A stretch of DNA of 64,000 nucleotides, from the NCBI GenBank assembly GCA_052034865.1, contig JBPOIC010000018.1, forward strand, positions 23,394 to 87,393, written 5' to 3'. The DNA is from Myxococcota bacterium (lineage in GTDB: Bacteria; UBA10199; JADFYH01). Every line of letters starts with the position of its first letter. Position 1 is the stretch's first letter. This document shows, piece after piece, positions 58,837 through 64,000 of this stretch. Below the pieces are notes generated by a model. That model made no database searches, was not told where the DNA came from, and saw only the letters and a program-made list of their open reading frames with translations. Both the position numbers and the translations under genes were made by a program.

Positions 58837-59424
58837 ATGTCATTCACTAACTACAACGATAAAGAAATAAACTTTAAACTCATCTATTACGGAGCAGCCC
58901 TCTCTGGAAAAACCACTTCCCTTCAGCTCATCCACAAGCGTGCAGACGGAAAAGATGTTCGCAAATTGAGCATTGATACAGGGAATGAACGCACGCTTTT
59001 TTTTGATTTTGTTCCTCTCTTTCTCTCCGAGGTCAACGGCTTTAAAACCCGCTTTCATCTTTATACAGTCCCAGGCCAGGTTTTATATGACGATTCGCGA
59101 AAACTCATCATCAAGGGAGTTGATGGAATCGTGTTTGTCGTCGATTCGCTCATTGAAAAGATGGATGCAAATTTAAAGAGCCTTGAGAATCTGAAGATCA
59201 ATCTCATTGAAGAAGGAATTGCCCTCGAAAAACTTCCCATCGTTTTTCAGTACAACAAACGCGATATGCCAAATGCCGCCAATCTTGATGCCCTTCGAAA
59301 GCTGATGAATCCCTGGGGCTTTCCCGATTTTGAATCGATCGCCACCACTGGAGAAGGAGTTTTTGAAGTTTTTAAGGAGTTGGCAAAAAAAGTGGTGAAA
59401 GATCAGTTAAAAAAGGCGAGCTGA
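58837..59424 (+). CDS. mglA: Ras-like small GTPase MglA (mutual gliding-motility protein A family)
   Basis: 195 aa. Near-collinear with Myxococcus MglA: MSFTNYNDKEINFKLIYYGAALSGKTTSLQ..., TLFFDFVPLFLSEVNGFKTRFHLYTVPGQVLYDDSRKLIIKGVDGIVFVVDS, QYNKRDMPNA. P-loop is GAALSGKT (Myxococcus: GPGLCGKT). Confidence 0.9.
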   Translation: MSFTNYNDKEINFKLIYYGAALSGKTTSLQLIHKRADGKDVRKLSIDTGNERTLFFDFVPLFLSEVNGFKTRFHLYTVPGQVLYDDSRKLIIKGVDGIVFVVDSLIEKMDANLKSLENLKINLIEEGIALEKLPIVFQYNKRDMPNAANLDALRKLMNPWGFPDFESIATTGEGVFEVFKELAKKVVKDQLKKAS

Positions 59425-59467
59425 TTATTCTTAGATAGAGCCTCGCTCCCAAACAGTTCCAATACAT

Positions 59468-59494
59468 AAATCCTGCTTCGGCAGGATTTTTTTT
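59468..59494 (+). terminator. rho-independent terminator downstream of mglA
   Basis: aaatcctgc-ttcg-gcaggattt followed by ttttt. Confidence 0.8.
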
Positions 59495-59535
59495 ATCCAT
59501 TTTGAAGAATCGAAATGGAGAGAAAAACAAGGTCG

Positions 59536-59895
59536 TTATGAAATTGGGATCCTGGATGAAAATCCCTCTTGATAGGAGTGTCGATACTCAATGCTCTCTT
59601 CATCATAGCGCCAGCAGTAAAATCCTTTCCCATTATCAAAATCTACCAACCAGATTCCTTTGGGATGACACCCCAGTCGTGTAATCTTTTCTCCCCAGCG
59701 ATTGAGAAGAATGGAAATTTCCATCTCCGTCTGTTTCCATTTTTCAGAATTTTCTTCAGTGTGTTTGAGCTTTTGCTCAAGAAGCAAAAATTTTCCGAGT
59801 GCGTCTTTAGTTATTTTACGGATGACAGGGAGAAGGTCGTTGGCTTCCTTAAGCGTGAAGATGCGGGGCGAGAAAAGATGAATCACATCGGTCAT
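59536..59895 (-). CDS. hypothetical protein (possibly DUF2203-like)
   Basis: 119 aa ORF convergent with mglA. ...FTLKEANDLLPVIRKIT...GIWLVDFDNGKGFYCWRYDEESI... pattern. Family assignment tentative. Confidence 0.4.
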   Translation of the reverse strand: MTDVIHLFSPRIFTLKEANDLLPVIRKITKDALGKFLLLEQKLKHTEENSEKWKQTEMEISILLNRWGEKITRLGCHPKGIWLVDFDNGKGFYCWRYDEESIEYRHSYQEGFSSRIPIS

Positions 59896-60105
59896 GGGTG
59901 CGCTTTAGGAAAAAAAGTTACAGAGAGTCAATGTTACGTAAAAAATACTGAGAACAAAAAGTATTGCTGGAAGAATTTTTAGATTCTCACTAGAATATTT
60001 TTATCCAGAAAATGAGTCACAATTGGCGAAACTGATGCAGGTTTGATTTCAGGATGGGGCAGTATAACTTTCATTTGAGATTTTACGTAAGTTGGAAGCT
60101 CCCTT

Positions 60106-63100
60106 ATGACAGATCCTATTTCTGCGAAGGTTCCAGGTCCGGATTCCTCAGGTGCTCTCGATCCGTATAGTACAACTCATCCTCCCATGAGCCAAAGTAG
60201 GAATGAGGGTCTTCCTTTCAATCCTTTCCCAACTGTTGCCGAGCGCGATCGATTTGCACACCTGATTCCAGAGCCGTCTTTACCGCCGTTTCATTTTCGC
60301 CTTTGGGATCCACGAAATTCCAGATTTCTTCTTAATCCTCCTCAGGATTTATCTTCCTCTTCCATTTCATCCGATGATTCCGATGCTCTTCAATTGGCAG
60401 CGGTTCTGTTTTGCGATGCACTCGCACTTATCGTTCGGGATACATGGAAAAAAATGGATACAGGTGCCGTCTTAAATGATGACCCTTCTATTCATCTTCA
60501 CTTGAGTCTTTTTGAAAGCAGGACGGAACGGGCCAGATGGCGTGAGAAGGTAAGCTCCTTGTTAAGCACACCCCATATTAAGAAAAGTATGGGAGAGCGC
60601 GATGCTGTCGCGGCAGTAAAACAGATCATTCTGCTTCAGCAGATGGCCTATAGTGAACCAGCTGCTTTTGCATTGTTGACGGAGCTTCGTGCATCTCTGG
60701 TTGATGCGATGAATAATCTCCGTTCTCAGGCATCAGGATTTTCAACGCCCATGCTGGTCAGAAATCTTACTGTCCAGATTCGACTGTTGGATACGGCCTG
60801 GGATGATATTGTTTCGCAAAAAATTAAGAGGGCTCGTGAAAATATGGTTCGGGCTCCATCAACCTCGGTTGATTTGTTTCTGGAGATTCGAATGGAAATC
60901 ATTCGTGTCACAAAAACGGGAAGGGCGGCAGAGAAACAATTGCAGGGAATCAGGAAACTAACAGCCGGATTTCTCGAGTATCAGGAAGGTTTTGCAATAG
61001 AAAAAGACACGCTTCTTGCACAAGTGGATCAGGCCTTTGATGAAGAACTGATAGCGAGTGTGGATCTCTTAAAGGAAGAAGCAGCAACGAAACCAGAGGC
61101 TGTCTTAAGTTTGGCATCCTTATCTGATGTCATCCGAAAATATGAAGAGAAGATTGCTGAGATGATGCCTGATAAACCCCCGCGAGACCTCGCTCACCTA
61201 CACGTCGAACTTGGGTTCAAATCTCACCAGGCCTGTCTTGCAATCCGGCCAGCCTATGTTTTCAATGAGGATACTTCTCCTTCCCATTTAAGAAAAATGA
61301 TCCAGGTATTGGGGTTTCTTGCCAAAAGAGAAAACCCTTCGGCTCTTCTCGAATTGAAAAAAATTGCTGTTAGCACGGCAAGTAAAGATGCAGTGCTTGT
61401 AATCGCTAAATTGGCTGATGATGAAGCAAAGCCCAATCTTCGACTCGAGGCAGAGTTGGTACTTTACTCAACCCTTCGTGAAATTGATGAAGTTCATGTT
61501 TTTACTCAGCCAGGCAGAGTTTGCGCTGAAGAAGTGCAGCGCCACATTTTACAACAGGACAAATCTAGAAAAGGACGGGTATCCCCTTCTCAAATCATTC
61601 AAAAATATTTTCAGGATAATGATCGGATTTATTCTGACTCACCACTTCCACGAGTGCAGAAGTCTCCTCCCCGTATCAGCCAGTGGCAGGGTTTTTCTAA
61701 ATTAAAGGCTGAAGGGAATTTGATTTCTGCCATGGAAATCCTTGGAGGACAGGAACGAATTGCTGAAATAATTTCTGAATGGTTAAGAGATGGAAAGATG
61801 GAAATGGGTGGCTTACGCTCCGAAGTAGAATTTGCAAATATGATTGCTCAAAGGGTTCAGTCTAACCTTAAGGAAATGAGCGCAGACCAGATGACAGATT
61901 TTATTGCGGGGGAGTTACTGCAAACGAACGAGGAGGAAGCGATTGGAGTCATTAGTCCAAGATTCATGGTGGATCTGCTGAAGGAAAATGCAAGGTATCA
62001 GCCCATGGCCACTGCCCAACTCGCCCGCCTGCAAAGTCGTTTGATTTTGACTGATAGCATGACAGGTCCGGAAAGTCCTCTCTATCAGCTTGTTGATGAA
62101 ATCCATCATTATTTAACGAATCTCGATCCTGCATTTAACGAGGAAAATCCTTTGAGTGCAGGGGCCCTGGAAGGATTGGCGATTGAAGGAAATGAGCGGG
62201 GCCTTGACCATTGGGTAAGAATGGCGGCCCAGGGAGGTCAGAAGAAAGACCTCGTTGTCCTGGCAAGAATCGCGGATCGGGGCGCCCAATCGATTCGTCC
62301 TCGCGCTGTGCTTAAGCTTCAGATGGTTTTATATGCCAAAGCCGAAGAGGGAAATGAGGCGGCAGCTCATCTCCTCAAATCCATTCTGGAAAAAGGAAAT
62401 CAATGTCGATCTTTAGAGAGCTTGGTTGAACAAGAATTGCAAAGTAAAATTTCTTCGGAAGGACCCCCTTCTGCAGTGACTGCTTATCTCAAAACACATC
62501 CATCTGGAGTTCGCCTTTCTCCGGCACTTCGAGAAGAGCTTTTGAAATCTCCTACCCGACTTGGCAGGTTGTATCATTTATACCAGCATGTTCTCGATTC
62601 AGAATCACCGGATGCCCTCTACCTTTTTGGAATTATCGCCTCCGAAGAACCTGATGATCCGGCTGTGATTCATGCACGTCATCTCGCCATTTTCATCCCA
62701 AGGAATCTAATCCTAAAAGCCTTGATGACTGAAGATGATTTGGAAGCAGAAAACCCACGTCAAGAAAATTTGTTAAGATTTTTATCTGTTTATGATCAGC
62801 TGTTTGAGGAGCATCGAGAAAAAGAAGAAAGAGTTCTAAGAACAACCAGGATCAGTGATTCGGGACTCATGAAATTGAGGTTAGGATGGCACCAAAAAGC
62901 TCTTGAGGCTTTAAAGGACGCTGCAGATCAGGAAAATCAGGAAAAACAATATCCTGCCGAACGATCTCCTCCTCTAGCTCGAAACGAGCAAAGCGATCCG
63001 CTGCCCGGTGAAGGTAAAGACAGAGTTGAATGGACTGAACCTCCTAGGATCATCCATGGCAAGGCCGATCTTCCAGGAAATGCTGGAAGCTATAAGGTGG

Positions 63101-63192
63101 TAAGGGGAGGGGAGCCAGGTCAAGTAGAAGTGCTTGGGGGAAGAAGTGAAAGACCTGGTGCGGTTACATTAGGGAGAATCATCCGTAAATAA
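60106..63192 (+). CDS. large hypothetical protein (1028 aa), predicted all-alpha, no signal peptide
   Basis: Long uninterrupted ORF with RBS (ggaagct...ATG). Pro/Ser-rich N-terminal 100 aa, then helical repeats. Same atypical codon flavour as the 34647-38243 genes. Confidence 0.6.
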   Translation: MTDPISAKVPGPDSSGALDPYSTTHPPMSQSRNEGLPFNPFPTVAERDRFAHLIPEPSLPPFHFRLWDPRNSRFLLNPPQDLSSSSISSDDSDALQLAAVLFCDALALIVRDTWKKMDTGAVLNDDPSIHLHLSLFESRTERARWREKVSSLLSTPHIKKSMGERDAVAAVKQIILLQQMAYSEPAAFALLTELRASLVDAMNNLRSQASGFSTPMLVRNLTVQIRLLDTAWDDIVSQKIKRARENMVRAPSTSVDLFLEIRMEIIRVTKTGRAAEKQLQGIRKLTAGFLEYQEGFAIEKDTLLAQVDQAFDEELIASVDLLKEEAATKPEAVLSLASLSDVIRKYEEKIAEMMPDKPPRDLAHLHVELGFKSHQACLAIRPAYVFNEDTSPSHLRKMIQVLGFLAKRENPSALLELKKIAVSTASKDAVLVIAKLADDEAKPNLRLEAELVLYSTLREIDEVHVFTQPGRVCAEEVQRHILQQDKSRKGRVSPSQIIQKYFQDNDRIYSDSPLPRVQKSPPRISQWQGFSKLKAEGNLISAMEILGGQERIAEIISEWLRDGKMEMGGLRSEVEFANMIAQRVQSNLKEMSADQMTDFIAGELLQTNEEEAIGVISPRFMVDLLKENARYQPMATAQLARLQSRLILTDSMTGPESPLYQLVDEIHHYLTNLDPAFNEENPLSAGALEGLAIEGNERGLDHWVRMAAQGGQKKDLVVLARIADRGAQSIRPRAVLKLQMVLYAKAEEGNEAAAHLLKSILEKGNQCRSLESLVEQELQSKISSEGPPSAVTAYLKTHPSGVRLSPALREELLKSPTRLGRLYHLYQHVLDSESPDALYLFGIIASEEPDDPAVIHARHLAIFIPRNLILKALMTEDDLEAENPRQENLLRFLSVYDQLFEEHREKEERVLRTTRISDSGLMKLRLGWHQKALEALKDAADQENQEKQYPAERSPPLARNEQSDPLPGEGKDRVEWTEPPRIIHGKADLPGNAGSYKVVRGGEPGQVEVLGGRSERPGAVTLGRIIRK

Positions 63193-63206
63193 TTGAAAGG
63201 AAGTTT

Positions 63207-64000
63207 ATGTCCTGCTCTCCCATCGATTCTCCAGCGTATCAGGAAGATTTTTGTCGCAAGGAAGGCGATCTTGCCGATCCTTCCAGTAATCTTCTGGTGG
63301 CCAAAAAGAAACTTTCACCTTCCGAAGATTATTCTGGCTTACCCGCTTATCAAACTCACGATAGCGAGCGATTTCATCCACTCTCCCAAAAAGCGATTTT
63401 TTCTCCCGCCCAGGTTCAAATGGCACGGTTGCTCATCAACACCTCTGCCGTCCGTCTCAATCTTTCTTCTCCCCATCGTGGGAATATCGCCCTGACTCAA
63501 AATTTTTTAAGTTCATTTGATAGAAACAACGGACTTCAGGAGGCCATCCAGCGCCTGAAAGAATATCAAAAAAATCCTCAAACATATTCTCTGCCCCTTT
63601 CCTGTATGCGTCGCACGAAAAAAGAAAATACCGCGGAATGTCAGATGCAAAAAGCTGTTGCGACAAATTCATCTTATGGAAATGAGATTGAACTTATCAG
63701 CGCATGTGCTGGAGATGAGATCGTTGAAAATAACTGTGAGCCTTTGAATGAAGATCAGATTGCGGAGCTAATGAAAACGCTCCATTCCAATGAACCTGCC
63801 TGGCATGAGAATTGGGTTTTAAGAGGAACGGTTGGTGTTTTGGGAAGTCTTTTTCTGGGAGGGGTTACGTTTGGATATGTTGTACCACTCATCTCAAAAA
63901 TCACCGGTTTTCATTCGGGTCCGCTCAAAATCGTTCTTCCTCTTCTCATCGGGGCTTCTTTTCTGTTTGCAGAAAAACCGGCAGAAGCCGGAATTTCGAG
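63207..64000 (+). CDS. hypothetical protein, partial (runs off window end), C-terminal region hydrophobic
   Basis: ATG at 63207 with RBS aaaggaag. Open through 64000 (at least 264 aa), encoding MSCSPIDSPAYQEDFCRKEGDLADPSS...GTVGVLGSLFLGGVTFGYVVPLISKITGF.... Missing from the ORF track only because there is no stop in the window. The listed 63193-63495 ORF in another frame is probably spurious. Confidence 0.5.
   Translation, partial: MSCSPIDSPAYQEDFCRKEGDLADPSSNLLVAKKKLSPSEDYSGLPAYQTHDSERFHPLSQKAIFSPAQVQMARLLINTSAVRLNLSSPHRGNIALTQNFLSSFDRNNGLQEAIQRLKEYQKNPQTYSLPLSCMRRTKKENTAECQMQKAVATNSSYGNEIELISACAGDEIVENNCEPLNEDQIAELMKTLHSNEPAWHENWVLRGTVGVLGSLFLGGVTFGYVVPLISKITGFHSGPLKIVLPLLIGASFLFAEKPAEAGIS

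Noticed and set aside
63193-63495. 100-aa ORF listed in the track
   Set aside because: A different frame (ATG 63207 with a good RBS) stays open to the window end and gives a more protein-like translation. The listed ORF is probably a frame artefact.
1-64000. Mobile elements (IS, transposase, integrase), prophage or CRISPR-Cas
   Set aside because: No transposase- or integrase-like translation, terminal inverted repeats or spacer arrays were found. The only mobile-context hint is the truncated DUF4143 ATPase and the atypical-composition orphan genes.

Overview
Chromosomal window from a Gram-negative-type bacterium of moderate GC (about 45-50% by eye). Roughly 60 protein genes at 85-90% coding density. 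No rRNA, CRISPR array, transposase or integrase was seen. Phylogenetic signals (orphan mglA, addAB, futalosine-type prenyl-quinone genes, deoxyhypusine-synthase homologue) fit a Bdellovibrionota-like or other deep-branching lineage, but that is inference.

Recognisable content:
- A minus-strand quinone-biosynthesis operon of aldehyde dehydrogenase, UbiA, UbiX and UbiE family genes, with a separate UbiD, typical of late menaquinone (futalosine) or ubiquinone steps.
- A trpE-trpG-trpD-trpC-trpF operon with no trpBA.
- The conserved ffs (SRP RNA)-dnaX-ybaB-recR block next to a tRNA-Ser.
- addA/addB recombination genes.
- Housekeeping genes: pgi, thiolase, lipB, nfi, trmL, trmB, yacG, yjbQ, a dksA-family gene, two aldehyde dehydrogenases, an AidB-like acyl-CoA dehydrogenase and an AmpG-like permease.

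Most unusual features:
1. glnE (GS adenylyltransferase) is split into two half-size ORFs (N-half 38528-39925, C-half 33339-34529, both minus). About 4 kb lies between them, carrying two large plus-strand genes of unknown function (655 and 502 aa) with different codon flavour, and a 284-bp structured non-coding tail. This is the best candidate here for an undescribed inserted module.
2. A mglA Ras-like GTPase that looks leaderless, has a variant P-loop and no mglB partner. Its neighbours are an azurin lipoprotein and a DUF3592 membrane protein.
3. A 932-aa secreted repeat protein whose gene contains near-identical tandem DNA repeats.
4. A YD-repeat membrane-anchored protein next to an epimerase and an acyltransferase.
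5. A truncated DUF4143 AAA-ATPase remnant between the quinone genes.
6. Large orphan proteins (1028 aa plus a downstream partial ORF) with paired TTACGTAA palindromes upstream.
7. Several palindromic candidate operator sites in divergent promoter regions.

All functional calls rest on motif recognition from the translations. No database search was possible.
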